NCBI GenBank assembly: GCA_963840035.1
Contig: CAWIXE010000001.1
Location: 128,001 to 192,000, forward strand
DNA: 64,000 nucleotides
Direction: 5' to 3'
Origin: a candidate division FCPU426 bacterium
GTDB lineage: Bacteria; Oederibacteriota; PGYV01; Palsa-1178
Each line of letters opens with the position of its first letter. Position 1 is the stretch's first letter. The notes beneath the pieces are model-generated. The model saw only the letters and a program-made list of their open reading frames with translations. It did not search any database and was not told the origin of the DNA. The translations under genes and the position numbers were made by a program. Below, in pieces: positions 8,448-18,389 of this stretch.

Positions 8448-9641
8448 TTAAAATACCCTTATGTTTATCCCTGCCACCGCGGAAAAACGCAACTTGTCCT
8501 GCGACCATTTCCACGAATCGCGCCTTGTTATTTCACCGTCGGAATAGTACTTCACGGACGGGCCCGCGTAAATATCAAGGAAATCCCCGATATTTATACC
8601 CGGCAGGATTCTGAACTCCGGTGCCGCGCTTAAATCTTTTTTCCAGTTAAAATCTGAATTTAAGTTTTTGGCGTAAATGTTATGCAGGATTTCCCAGTCA
8701 ATGAAGAACGGCTTGAGGTTGTAATTATAACCGAGCCCGGCCGTGGCCGTATATTTATCAGCAAACCTTGTTTCCCTGGTGTCATATCCGGCGCCTAGGA
8801 TACCGTAGAAACCTTTTCCCGATTTAAAAGCGGCATTGTAAAGGCTCTCGGTTGTTGAATAAAGGGATATCTTGCCGAATCCGCCCTTTATGATATTAAC
8901 TGCCCCGAGCGCGGCTCCGTTTAACTCGCCGCATACATTGACAAAACCCGCCATGAGCCCGGTGGTCTTGTCAGATACGTTAACGAACCCGCTTTGAATG
9001 CCGTTTACAGCCCCGGACGCGTTCACAAATCCCGCGGCGCAGCCATTGAGTTCATTTGAAACATTTACAAAACCAGAAGCTACTCCGTTTATTGTGCCCA
9101 TGGCATTTACAAACCCGCCTACTGTACCGGTCACTGAACGGCCGTAATTCACGAACCCGGCCTCAATGCCGTTAACCGCCGCGATATTGTTGACAAACCC
9201 GCTTGCGGCGCCTGTCACTGTCCCCGCTGTATTTACAAAACCGCTCACAGCCCCTGAAACGTCGCCGCTTATGTTATTGACAAAGCCCGCTGCCGCGCCT
9301 GTTACGCTGCCCGTGTTATTGACAAAACCTGTCACAACGCCGTTTACAGGCCCGTCCAGAAGGTTCACAAAACCCGACCTCATGCCAAGAGTTTCCTTTC
9401 CAATATTAACAAACCCGCTCTCAACACCGGTGAGTTTGCCTTCCGTAATGTTGATAAGCCCCAAACTCGCACCGTTAATCTCCTGCGCCTTTCCGTAAAT
9501 AATGTTCAGCCTTACCCCGTCAACGTACAGTTTGTCAGCCGGGTCCGTGAACAGCCCAAAATTAAAATCCGTACGTGTTTCCGCGCTTAAAAGCGCCGCC
9601 ATAAACGACATGGCAATGGCCAGCAACACTTTCTTTTTCAT
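8448..9641 (-). CDS. Surface protein with ~14 GxxxGFVN repeats (LA_2272-like) and a C-terminal beta-barrel-like region
   Basis: Signal peptide, 14-15-aa tandem repeats, ends INIRVF. Confidence 0.8.
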   Translation of the reverse strand: MKKKVLLAIAMSFMAALLSAETRTDFNFGLFTDPADKLYVDGVRLNIIYGKAQEINGASLGLINITEGKLTGVESGFVNIGKETLGMRSGFVNLLDGPVNGVVTGFVNNTGSVTGAAAGFVNNISGDVSGAVSGFVNTAGTVTGAASGFVNNIAAVNGIEAGFVNYGRSVTGTVGGFVNAMGTINGVASGFVNVSNELNGCAAGFVNASGAVNGIQSGFVNVSDKTTGLMAGFVNVCGELNGAALGAVNIIKGGFGKISLYSTTESLYNAAFKSGKGFYGILGAGYDTRETRFADKYTATAGLGYNYNLKPFFIDWEILHNIYAKNLNSDFNWKKDLSAAPEFRILPGINIGDFLDIYAGPSVKYYSDGEITRRDSWKWSQDKLRFSAVAGINIRVF

Positions 9642-9777
9642 AAATTCCCTCCCGTTTTTTTAGCGGCATTAACCGCTGTTTTGTTTGGACGCAACTACTC
9701 ATGCTTTTGTTTACGCCCGGCATTTAATCAGAACTTCTTGCGGCTTAAAAACAGCGGTTCAAAAATCTGATTCATGC

Positions 9778-10752
9778 TCATTTGTTCCCTTCCCGGGATA
9801 CAGTAATTACCACGCTTCCTTTTTTGCGCCCCTGTTCCACGTATTTATGCGCGTCAGCAATCTTCTCCAACGTATATTTTCTGTCTATCACAGCTTTTAA
9901 TTTTCCTGATTCTATTATTTCCTTCAGTAAAGCCAGATCCTTTGACTTTACACTTTGTTTTCTTAACCCGGTGGCCATAAACTTGGATCTTTTCGAGCCT
10001 GCCGCGGACGGCCACAGCATCTCCTTCAGGGCCGAAGGCGCAGGCAGGGTAGTGAGATATATCCCGGAAGGTTTTAGCATTTTTTTACACTTTGAAAAGG
10101 AGGATTTTCCCGCCACATCAAAAATTATATCAAAAACTTCGTCCAGTTTTGTGAAATCCTCTTTTTTGTAGTCGATTACTTTTTCAGCGCCGAGCGACCT
10201 TACGGTTTCCATATTCCCCGTGCTGCATACCCCTGTGACCGCGGCCCCAAAATAGCGCGCGGCCTGCACCGCGACGGAACCAACCGTGCCTGAAGCGCCG
10301 TTTATGAGGATCTTTTGGCCCGCTGCTATGCTGCCCGCTTCCCGCAGAAATGGAATGGCAGTGATTGCCCCGTCTATGACAGCAGCCATATCTTCATATG
10401 GCATATTTGACGGTTTATGCGCGATGGCGCCGTCTTCGGCCACGCAGACATATTCCGCGCAGGTCCCAAGGCTTAAGCCCGTGTTACCGAAGACCGCGTC
10501 GCCTTTTTTAAAGGATTTTACCAGCCTGCCTGTTTCCTCCACATCCCCGGAATAATCGAGCCCGAGCACTTTCTGCTTCGGCCTGAAAATGCCGTTTATG
10601 CCCGGCATTTTCCTCATTAAAGGATCATCTTTTTCCACGGTCGTCGCGCGGACCCTTACCAGTATTTCATTGTCACCCGGCACAGGCTTTTTAATATCTT
10701 TTATCTCAAGCACTTCAGCCGGGCCGAATTTCTCATAGACTGCCGCCTTCAT
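9778..10752 (-). CDS. NAD(P)-dependent MDR oxidoreductase (quinone reductase/ADH-like, no Zn ligands seen)
   Basis: MKAAVY..FGPAEVL, LGLDYSG, INGASGTVG, KLKAVIDR. Confidence 0.9.
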   Translation of the reverse strand: MKAAVYEKFGPAEVLEIKDIKKPVPGDNEILVRVRATTVEKDDPLMRKMPGINGIFRPKQKVLGLDYSGDVEETGRLVKSFKKGDAVFGNTGLSLGTCAEYVCVAEDGAIAHKPSNMPYEDMAAVIDGAITAIPFLREAGSIAAGQKILINGASGTVGSVAVQAARYFGAAVTGVCSTGNMETVRSLGAEKVIDYKKEDFTKLDEVFDIIFDVAGKSSFSKCKKMLKPSGIYLTTLPAPSALKEMLWPSAAGSKRSKFMATGLRKQSVKSKDLALLKEIIESGKLKAVIDRKYTLEKIADAHKYVEQGRKKGSVVITVSREGNK

Positions 10753-11564
10753 TTTATTCCCCCGTTATTTTTTATCTTCCTCAGCATAACGATCATCATA
10801 ACCGCCGAAACGGCCGCGAAAAACCCCATAATGTAAAGCACTGTGTTCCCTGATTCAATTCCCCTGATATTCATAGATGCCGTCATGGCTATTATGGCAG
10901 CATCCATGGCCACAGAAAAGGAAAACATCGCGGGAACGAACACGTAGCCTTCGGCTTTTTTCCGGATAAGCAGCACTCCCGCGGCGATGAAGGCCGGCAG
11001 CAGGAGGCTCAGGTCGTTTACATGCACGGGATTTATCATCAGGCCCGCGTCCATGACGCTTTTAGGCGTTGAGTTTGCGATAGTGGACGGGATAACTTCC
11101 ATCAGCCACAGAGCCGTGAAAATAATGGCGGTGACTATAAGCGCACCGGGTATGAACCTGAACTCTGCGCCGCCATAAGAGAGCTTGTATCCCTCATAGT
11201 CCGTGTCCTTAAAAGCCAGGAGAAAGGCAAAAATTGATGTCCCCAGCGCCGCGCAATAAACCAGGAAGTACCTGTTAAAGTGCATGGCAAAAGCGTAAAG
11301 CAAATAAGAATACGCCGTGTAAATAATCAGCCCGAGCCATATGATGTAGGCCGGCTTGTTCCCTTTTTTCGCGAGATGAAAGCTTGCCAGCATGGCGGGC
11401 GCTATAAGGAACAGGTTTATAATATCCTGCCCGAAGCCCTGCGCCCCCCACGTGGCGCTTTCGCGCGCGTAAGCCGCAGGGTCAAATATTCCGGCAGCGG
11501 ACGCTGTCATCATGAAAGCTATTGCCAGGTAATTCAGGACATTAAGGGTTTTTGTGTTATTCAT
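10749..11564 (-). CDS. Conserved multi-TM membrane protein
   Basis: About 8 TM segments, GQD motif, ATGA overlap with the next gene. Confidence 0.8.
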   Translation of the reverse strand: MNNTKTLNVLNYLAIAFMMTASAAGIFDPAAYARESATWGAQGFGQDIINLFLIAPAMLASFHLAKKGNKPAYIIWLGLIIYTAYSYLLYAFAMHFNRYFLVYCAALGTSIFAFLLAFKDTDYEGYKLSYGGAEFRFIPGALIVTAIIFTALWLMEVIPSTIANSTPKSVMDAGLMINPVHVNDLSLLLPAFIAAGVLLIRKKAEGYVFVPAMFSFSVAMDAAIIAMTASMNIRGIESGNTVLYIMGFFAAVSAVMMIVMLRKIKNNGGIK

Positions 11565-11579
11565 CCGTATTCCTCCTGT

Positions 11580-12461
11580 TTATATTATTACTTTTTCTTT
11601 CGCGAAGTACCTGTCATAAACAAAAAGCGCTATGTTCGCGATAAAAAGCGATATGAGCCCTGCCGCGCCCGCGCCGCCGGTTAAAAGGTCGCTGCCGCCT
11701 TTAACAAAAATCAGCCCGATTATTGCCGTAGCGTTATATACGCCGTGCATGATCGCCGCGGCAAGCACCGACCCTGACTTTATTGCCGGGTAGGCAAATA
11801 TCGGGGCAAGCAAAATAGTCAGCAGCGTCATCATGAAAACCCCCGCTATCCTGTGCTCGGCATAGTTATGCCCCTGCAGCACGACCGGCGCGTGCCAGAA
11901 TCCCCAGACAATGCCTATTATGAGGCAGGCTTTATAAAAGTGCCTTCCTTTCAGCGCGTTCTGGAAAAAACCGCGCCAGCCCGCTTCTTCGCCAAAGGCA
12001 AATACCGCGTTAACAGTGGCGCCCAGAATTATCCCCTGCAGCGCCAGCACCAGCGGAAGTATGGCCTGTATTTTCGAAATCTGCTGCTTAACCGCTTCCG
12101 TATTACCCGCAGGGAATTTTTTCGTCAGATCGTCCAGGAATGCGGCTCCCGCAGGGTCAAACGATACACCCGGAAACATCAGCGATATCCCGAGAGTCAT
12201 AAAAACAATAATAACCGGCGCTACTGCCGCAAATATATACCAGTTGGACCACTTAAAAACCACACCCATGCCCGCGAACGGTTCTTTGTATACCAGTTTC
12301 TGCAAAATGGCCGCGGCCAAGAAAGGCATGAACATATAAAACGCGGTCACCACAAGGGCAGCCGGGCCTGAGCCGTAGGGGAACTTCAGGTACAGCAAAG
12401 AATACAATCCTGTTAACAGGTATACTGTCACTACATATGCGATGCTTTTATTGATTTTCAT
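11580..12461 (-). CDS. CPBP (CAAX/Abi) intramembrane metalloprotease
   Basis: GEEAGWRG, WGFWH, HGVYN motifs. Confidence 0.9.
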   Translation of the reverse strand: MKINKSIAYVVTVYLLTGLYSLLYLKFPYGSGPAALVVTAFYMFMPFLAAAILQKLVYKEPFAGMGVVFKWSNWYIFAAVAPVIIVFMTLGISLMFPGVSFDPAGAAFLDDLTKKFPAGNTEAVKQQISKIQAILPLVLALQGIILGATVNAVFAFGEEAGWRGFFQNALKGRHFYKACLIIGIVWGFWHAPVVLQGHNYAEHRIAGVFMMTLLTILLAPIFAYPAIKSGSVLAAAIMHGVYNATAIIGLIFVKGGSDLLTGGAGAAGLISLFIANIALFVYDRYFAKEKVII

Positions 12462-12916
12462 TTTTTCTCCTCCAGCTGCGGACCCGCTCCGATTTTAAAG
12501 TGTCCCTTAAAATATTTTTTTCTTATATCCTTTATCTCGGCGGCCCACGCCTCAATGCCCCTGTTCTTTATCGCAATAAGGTTATAAACTTTCAGATTAT
12601 GCGGGTATCTGTCCGCTCCTTCTGCGAGCGGCTGAAGCTTCGAGCACGGAAATTCCGCGCATTCATGGCAAAATTCAATATTTTTTTGGCTTACGCATTC
12701 CTTTGTTTCGCATTTCCCGCCTATGGCAGTGCACCCCTGCTCGCGGCAGCCTTTGCATGTCATCTTTTCCTTTGTCATGCCTCGCGCCTCAAAAGCCGCT
12801 TTTCTTTCCGGCGGCATCATTGCCAGAAAACCGTCTATGTTTGTGTAAAAAAATTCGCAGTTAAAACAATCAATACCGCAAACCGCCGTAAGTTCCTTCA
12901 ATTGAGCCGCATCCAT
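12458..12916 (-). CDS. DUF3795-like Cys-rich protein
   Basis: CGIDCFNC, CKGCR, C..KECV, FCHECAEFPCSKL. Confidence 0.85.
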   Translation of the reverse strand: MDAAQLKELTAVCGIDCFNCEFFYTNIDGFLAMMPPERKAAFEARGMTKEKMTCKGCREQGCTAIGGKCETKECVSQKNIEFCHECAEFPCSKLQPLAEGADRYPHNLKVYNLIAIKNRGIEAWAAEIKDIRKKYFKGHFKIGAGPQLEEKK

Positions 12917-12969
12917 GACATTCCTCCCTTTAAAACTTGTGTTTTTTTTATGCCTGCCATTTGTTTTAC

Positions 12970-13215
12970 TTATGGCTTATAGATTTGATCCGTTTTCTTC
13001 AGAAACCTACCTTGCAGCCCCGGCAAGTTCCCTGCCGGCCGTGTTTTTTTCCGCGGCTGCTTTTTCGCCGCAGCGTTTTCAATTGCTTCCAGCATCATTA
13101 CAGCCTCTGTCACACAGCCGCTGTCCGTAAGAAACAGGGTAAATATGTCATTCCTGTAGCGTCTTGTGAATATCCCTTCTTCTTTTTTCCATGCCCGGTC
13201 ATATTTTTTTCCCAT
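12970..13215 (-). CDS. Hypothetical protein
   Basis: GGGAGGG RBS; operon position. Confidence 0.5.
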   Translation of the reverse strand: MGKKYDRAWKKEEGIFTRRYRNDIFTLFLTDSGCVTEAVMMLEAIENAAAKKQPRKKTRPAGNLPGLQGRFLKKTDQIYKP

Positions 13216-13227
13216 GACAGCCCTCCC

Positions 13228-13590
13228 TTATATTATTTTTTTGACTTCTTCTATAAGCTTTTCGGCTTCAAACGGCTTCTCAATGACCGCGGCGCATCCC
13301 ATCCTAAGGAGTTCTTCCTTGCCCGGCCTGTCCAGGAAACCGCTTATGACTATTACCGGTATCTTTTTTTTCCTTGCAAACGCGGCTTTAACCACTTCGT
13401 TCCCGCTTATGCCGGGCATATTCAGGTCTGTTATGATAAGGTCAATCTCATCCCCTGTAATGGCAAGAAGTTCTATGGCTGTCCCGGCGCTGCCGGCCTG
13501 CATAACGTCGAACCCTTCCCTGCGGAGTATAAGGGTAATGGAAGTCAGCGTATTTTTTTCATCATCCACGAGTAATATCACTTTTTTCAT
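13228..13590 (-). CDS. Single-domain response regulator
   Basis: LLVDD, TDLNMP, VISG, EKPF. Confidence 0.92.
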   Translation of the reverse strand: MKKVILLVDDEKNTLTSITLILRREGFDVMQAGSAGTAIELLAITGDEIDLIITDLNMPGISGNEVVKAAFARKKKIPVIVISGFLDRPGKEELLRMGCAAVIEKPFEAEKLIEEVKKII

Positions 13591-13622
13591 TTTATTCCTC
13601 CAGTTATTGATGGCTGATATAC

Positions 13623-13639
13623 AGCATTATCCGTGCCAA
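13623..13639 (-). promoter_or_regulatory. Sigma54 -24/-12 promoter
   Basis: TTGGCACG-GATA-ATGCT. Confidence 0.75.
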
Positions 13640-13675
13640 TGCAAACGATAGCTTTAAAAGGAAAAATACGGCGTG

Positions 13676-13725
13676 TGTCAACTTAGGTTGACATAACCAG
13701 TGAATGCTGTTAAGTGAGGTTGACT
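13676..13725. promoter_or_regulatory. Two palindromic upstream activator sites
   Basis: TGTCAAC-N4-GTTGACA and TGTTAAG-N4-GTTGACT, 32 bp apart. Confidence 0.6.
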
Positions 13726-13789
13726 TATAGATGTGCCATCCGGCCGTTGAGATTCTTGAGACTAATGAGACTGTTGAGGCTGTCGTTTT

Positions 13790-15124
13790 CTATTTTTTCA
13801 TCCTTTTATTCATCGCCTGCCGCGTTATGCCCAGCATGGCCGCGGCCGCGCTCTGGTTTCCCTGGGAGCGTTTAAGCGCCTCTTCGGCGAGCGCCGCGTC
13901 CGCTTCGTCAAGCGTCGGCAATTTGCCGCCGAAATATATCCCGGGGCCGTCCTCATTTACCGCCATTTTTTTTATTCCGAGGTTTTCCGGCGTTATTCCT
14001 CCGTCCCTTTTTGACGCGTCTTCCATCATTGACTTCAGTTCCCTGACATTCCCGGGGAACCCGTAGCCCATCAGCGCTGACATGGCTTCTTTTCCTATTG
14101 CTGCATCCACCGCGAAATGTTTTGCCAGCAGCATAATGTCTGTTTTTCTTTCCTTAAGGGCCGGTATGGCCACATGATGGCTTTTTAGCCTGTAGAAAAG
14201 GTCTTTCCTGAAGGACGGCGACGATGAAAGTTCTTCCATACTTTTATTAGTGGCTGCCACAACCCTTATGTCGGCCTTAACCGGGGTATCCGAACCAAGC
14301 GGCGTGTATTCAGCTTCCTGCAGGAGTCTTAATAACTTTACCTGCGACGCCATTGACAGGTCGCCTATCTCGTCGAGGAACAGCGTCCCGCCTTCGGCTT
14401 TTTTTATGATTCCCGGCCTCTCCGAGTCCGCTCCCGTAAACGCCCCTTTTTTGTGGCCGAATAACGTGTCCGAAAACATATTGTCGTCAAGCCCGGCGGC
14501 ATTTAACGCTATAAACCCGCCTTTTCTTTTACCTGCCTTATGCACGGCGCGCGCCATCAGTTCTTTGCCGGTGCCTGTTTCGCCGGATATCAATATGCTG
14601 TTCTTCCCGGGCGCCACAGCTTCGATATAGCGAAAGATATTTATCATCTTCGGGTCTGCTGTTATTATTTCCTCAAAACAGGCAGCGTCCTTCAGGTCCG
14701 CCTGCATGGACCCGGCTATCATCATGTTTTCATTTTCAAGTTCGCTTATCTCTATGGCCGCCTTCACCGCGCCTACCAGCTTGTCCTTTTCAACAGGTTT
14801 TACAAGGTAATCCTTCGCCCCTTTTTTCATGCACGCGATAGCGGTCTCCACTTCGTTCAATCCGGTAAGCATTATAACCCTGCAATACGGCGCTTCCGCG
14901 GAAAGTATGTCCAGCGCCTCAAGCCCCGTCATGTCAGGCATGGTGATATCAAGGACCGCGGCGCACGCACTGCCGTCTTTCACGGCCTTTATGCCGGCTT
15001 TTGCGCCTGACGCTTTTATAATATTCGTAATGCCTTCCATCTTGAGGACTGTCTCGGCGCTTAAGAGCGCGTGCGGTTCATCGTCTATGATTACGACCGG
15101 GTATTTCGGATAGAGTTCAGCCAT
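13790..15124 (-). CDS. NtrC-family sigma54-dependent response regulator
   Basis: REC domain, GETGTGKE, GAFTGA, FLDEIG, FRKDLFYRL, PGNVREL, Fis-type HTH. Confidence 0.95.
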   Translation of the reverse strand: MAELYPKYPVVIIDDEPHALLSAETVLKMEGITNIIKASGAKAGIKAVKDGSACAAVLDITMPDMTGLEALDILSAEAPYCRVIMLTGLNEVETAIACMKKGAKDYLVKPVEKDKLVGAVKAAIEISELENENMMIAGSMQADLKDAACFEEIITADPKMINIFRYIEAVAPGKNSILISGETGTGKELMARAVHKAGKRKGGFIALNAAGLDDNMFSDTLFGHKKGAFTGADSERPGIIKKAEGGTLFLDEIGDLSMASQVKLLRLLQEAEYTPLGSDTPVKADIRVVAATNKSMEELSSSPSFRKDLFYRLKSHHVAIPALKERKTDIMLLAKHFAVDAAIGKEAMSALMGYGFPGNVRELKSMMEDASKRDGGITPENLGIKKMAVNEDGPGIYFGGKLPTLDEADAALAEEALKRSQGNQSAAAAMLGITRQAMNKRMKK

Positions 15125-16763
15125 TATAAGCTCCTTTTATGGGTATCATGACAAGGACTTTTGTCCCCCTGCCTTTTTCAGATTCAAAACTTATTTCCCC
15201 GTTGTGGTCTTTTACTATGCCTGAAGAAACAGAAAGCCCGAGGCCTGTGCCTCCAGTTTCCCTTTTGGTGGTAAAGAACGGGTCATAAATGTATTTGAGT
15301 GTTTCAGCGTCCATGCCGACCCCTTCGTCCGCGCATTCAAATATGGCAACGTTATCCCATTCATACACGCTTGCCCTTATCTTCTTTCCTTTTTCCTTTA
15401 CCGCGTCGCATGCGTTCTGCAGGAGATTTATAACCACCTGCTCCAGCCTCTGAAAATTTCCAAGGACAACCACGGGCGACCCGTGATACGAGGCTGAAAA
15501 TTCAGCCGGGCATTTTTTAAGGTGGTTTTGAAGAAGAAGCAGGGATGACTTTAAAACCTGGTTTAAGTCCACGTCCTGCCTTAAATCCGAGGTGTCTTTC
15601 CTGGCAAAATCCTTCAGCCCCAGGACAATATTTTTGATCCTGTCAGCCCCGTCCCTTACTCCCCTGATGAGCTCCGGTACGGTATTTTTCATTTCTTTAT
15701 AATCAATATTTGCCAGCCTGAATTTGGCATCCCGCGCGTAATGTTCGTCCAGCACGGGTTCCACGGATTTCCAGACATCCGCCAGTATGGGAGCGTTAAG
15801 CATTATGAAGTTCGTAGGGTTGTTTATCTCGTGCGCGACGCCCGCCACCAGCGTGCCGAGGGCCACCATTTTTGAGGCCTGAAAAAGTTCCTCCTGCCTG
15901 CGTTTTTCAAGCGCCGCGGCGCGTTTTTCATCGGATACATCCTCAAAGGTCGCGACCACTCCCCTTAAATCATCAACGATAAAACCGCCCACGGTCATGA
16001 ATACACTGCATTCGCTGCCGTCCCTGCGCAGGATCACGGTCTCATACTGGTTTACCTCAGGCCGTCCCTGCATCCTTTTCGCGTAACGGTCAAGCACCTT
16101 CTGCCTGTCGGAAGGCGCCACCAGCTCCGCTATGGGCAGCTTCATGACTTCTTCATATGAATAGCCGGTCATATTCAGAAACGCCTTATTCGCGTAGGTC
16201 CACACCCCGTTTATAACCATGGTAATGCCGAGCGCCGCGTTATCAGCCAGTGCCCTGTACTTTTCCTCGGATGCCCTGAGTTCCTTTGTCCTGTCGGCCA
16301 CTATTTTTTCAAGCTTGTCCTTGTGGTCTTTCAGTTCCTGTTCCAGCTTTTTGCGCTGGGTTATGTCATTGCCTACGCTTAATACGGCAGTTACGGCCCC
16401 CATCTCATATACCGCCTTATTGGACCATGATATCCACACCCTAGTACCGTCTTTTTTAATATTCTCATTTTCATTGACGGCGAATTTCTGGGGATTCTCG
16501 GTGATGTTCCTGATCATCACTTTCAGGTCATCCCCGGTTACGGCTTTAGCCGGCACGATGGTGCTCATGACATTATGGCCGACAACTTCTTTTTCACTAA
16601 ATCCAAAAAAGTACAGCCCGTAATAATTCATAAACAGTATTGTGCCGTCGGTTTTCCAGACAAGAATTATGGAGTTTGCCGTATCGAGGAGTTCCTTATA
16701 CCATCCCGGCTGGGATGTCATTTCCTTTAGTACACCGTGCTTTGAATTATCATCGTAATGCAT
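15117..16763 (-). CDS. Cytoplasmic PAS-PAS sensor histidine kinase
   Basis: Two PAS domains, AHEINNP, NACDA, DEGVG, PFFTTK, GTGLGL. Confidence 0.95.
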   Translation of the reverse strand: MHYDDNSKHGVLKEMTSQPGWYKELLDTANSIILVWKTDGTILFMNYYGLYFFGFSEKEVVGHNVMSTIVPAKAVTGDDLKVMIRNITENPQKFAVNENENIKKDGTRVWISWSNKAVYEMGAVTAVLSVGNDITQRKKLEQELKDHKDKLEKIVADRTKELRASEEKYRALADNAALGITMVINGVWTYANKAFLNMTGYSYEEVMKLPIAELVAPSDRQKVLDRYAKRMQGRPEVNQYETVILRRDGSECSVFMTVGGFIVDDLRGVVATFEDVSDEKRAAALEKRRQEELFQASKMVALGTLVAGVAHEINNPTNFIMLNAPILADVWKSVEPVLDEHYARDAKFRLANIDYKEMKNTVPELIRGVRDGADRIKNIVLGLKDFARKDTSDLRQDVDLNQVLKSSLLLLQNHLKKCPAEFSASYHGSPVVVLGNFQRLEQVVINLLQNACDAVKEKGKKIRASVYEWDNVAIFECADEGVGMDAETLKYIYDPFFTTKRETGGTGLGLSVSSGIVKDHNGEISFESEKGRGTKVLVMIPIKGAYNG

Positions 16764-16885
16764 TCGCTCTTCCTTTTATGAAACAGCCGATTTAATTCCG
16801 ATAACCCCATTTTAATCTGTTGCCCGGCCGTTGTAAAGCCCGGTTTTTTGTTTGCCGGCTGCAGACAAATACGGGCAGGGTTGAA

Positions 16886-17254
16886 TTAAGGCCTGACTTT
16901 GATCCATTCGGCCGCGCTTTCCCTGTCCGCGAAAACCTGATAGGGTATGCACCTGTTCCGGGCTACCGTCATGTCAAACTCATCCTTCGGCATCGATTGT
17001 TTGTGGTATAGGGCGGCAACTTTCATCTTTTTCTCCCGGAAAACCGACATCATAGTAACGAGGTAATACCTGTCCATTTCCGTCAGCGGCATTTGTATCT
17101 TTTCCATGTTAAAAAGCACGCCCTTAGCCCCGGCTTTTTCAGCCTGCCTGGCTATGTCAAAATAAGTGTCTGTAAAATCATCCGGGGTAAAGACCCCTTC
17201 GTAGCACGCTTCAAACATACACCCGTGCATTAGCGTCTTGACGCTGTTTTCCAT
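16886..17254 (-). CDS. Hypothetical protein (STAS/SEC14-like)
   Basis: GGGGGCGGG RBS; C-terminal F.D...A.EW pattern. Confidence 0.6.
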   Translation of the reverse strand: MENSVKTLMHGCMFEACYEGVFTPDDFTDTYFDIARQAEKAGAKGVLFNMEKIQMPLTEMDRYYLVTMMSVFREKKMKVAALYHKQSMPKDEFDMTVARNRCIPYQVFADRESAAEWIKVRP

Positions 17255-17288
17255 CCCGCCCCCGTTTGTATTAAAACATATTTCAGCA

Positions 17289-18164
17289 TTAAGCCAGTAT
17301 CATTATATCCATTTCAAAATCATCATTTAAAAATGACATTCCGTCAAAACGCACTATGAATGACTTAAGGTCTTTTGCCACGTTCTTCGCCAGCCAGTTC
17401 CCAAAAACATACTCGCAGCTGTTTTCCATGAGCCCCGCATGGCCGCGGTGCTTGAATACCGCGTAAGTCCCGGACTTAACCTTCATCCTGGCGGCTCTTT
17501 TATTCACGCGTCCCGGGATTGGTTCGCTTCCCATAAATACGCGTATCCTGCCGGAAGGGCCAAATACAGACTCGCCTTTTTTGTCGTCGCCGGATCTTAC
17601 AAGGACATAAAACCTGCTGTCGGCGCGGCCCCTGAGTTTAAGTGTTTTCATCAGGTACCGCCCGAAGAACCTAATGGAATCATATACGCTCTCTTCCCTT
17701 GTAATTGCCCCTTCAATCCCTTCTATACTTACGGATTTTATATTGACTCTTTCCGGAGCAAGGCTTATGCCCCCGCCAAGTATGTGGTCTATGGCCCTAT
17801 TGCTTAACCTGCGCCGTTCGAGATGGTACGCCTCAAATTTGTTTTTCCTGTATTGCTTCGGGGTCACGCGGAACTGCTTTTTAAATGCCCGCGTGAAGGC
17901 TTCCCTGTATTCAAATCCGTATTCCTCGCACAGCGCGGATATTTCCTTTTTTGAATGTATCAGTTCCCTTGATATCATGGTGAGCTTTCTTTTTCTTATA
18001 TAACTGCCGATTGTTTCCCTGAAAAGTTTTTTAAAAAGCCTCCAGAAGTGGTGCTTTGACATCATGGCTGCACCGGCGGCTTCGGAGACAGAAACTCCCC
18101 GCTTTATGTTTTTTTCAATGAAATCTATGGATAACCTGATATTTTTGGAATATCTGCTGTTCAA
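17289..18164 (-). CDS. AraC regulator with C-terminal GyrI-like domain
   Basis: SKHHFWRLFK, GFEYREAFTRAFKK..TP.QYR, GTYAVFKHRG. Confidence 0.9.
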   Translation of the reverse strand: MNSRYSKNIRLSIDFIEKNIKRGVSVSEAAGAAMMSKHHFWRLFKKLFRETIGSYIRKRKLTMISRELIHSKKEISALCEEYGFEYREAFTRAFKKQFRVTPKQYRKNKFEAYHLERRRLSNRAIDHILGGGISLAPERVNIKSVSIEGIEGAITREESVYDSIRFFGRYLMKTLKLRGRADSRFYVLVRSGDDKKGESVFGPSGRIRVFMGSEPIPGRVNKRAARMKVKSGTYAVFKHRGHAGLMENSCEYVFGNWLAKNVAKDLKSFIVRFDGMSFLNDDFEMDIMILA

Positions 18165-18389
18165 TGTATCACACCGACCTTTTAGAATGAGATTATACCA
18201 GCGCGCAGGTGCGTCAGCATGCCTTTACCGTGTGGAGTATTGCCGCTTCTTCCTGATTAAATTGTACTATATATGGAATTAAAAATAATTGATTTTTTTC
18301 GGCATTTTTTCAGGGCATGGTCCGGATATTTTCATACGACTGACGCGGCAATTTTGGTCGGTGCGGTTTACGTGGCCGGAAATATTATT

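Noticed and set aside
11580..12461. Abortive-infection defence gene
   Set aside because: The Abi name of CPBP proteases is historical; there is no defence context
18281..18300. Fourth copy of the GAAAAAYGTCAATT regulon motif
   Set aside because: Several mismatches and no TATACT at the 35-nt spacing
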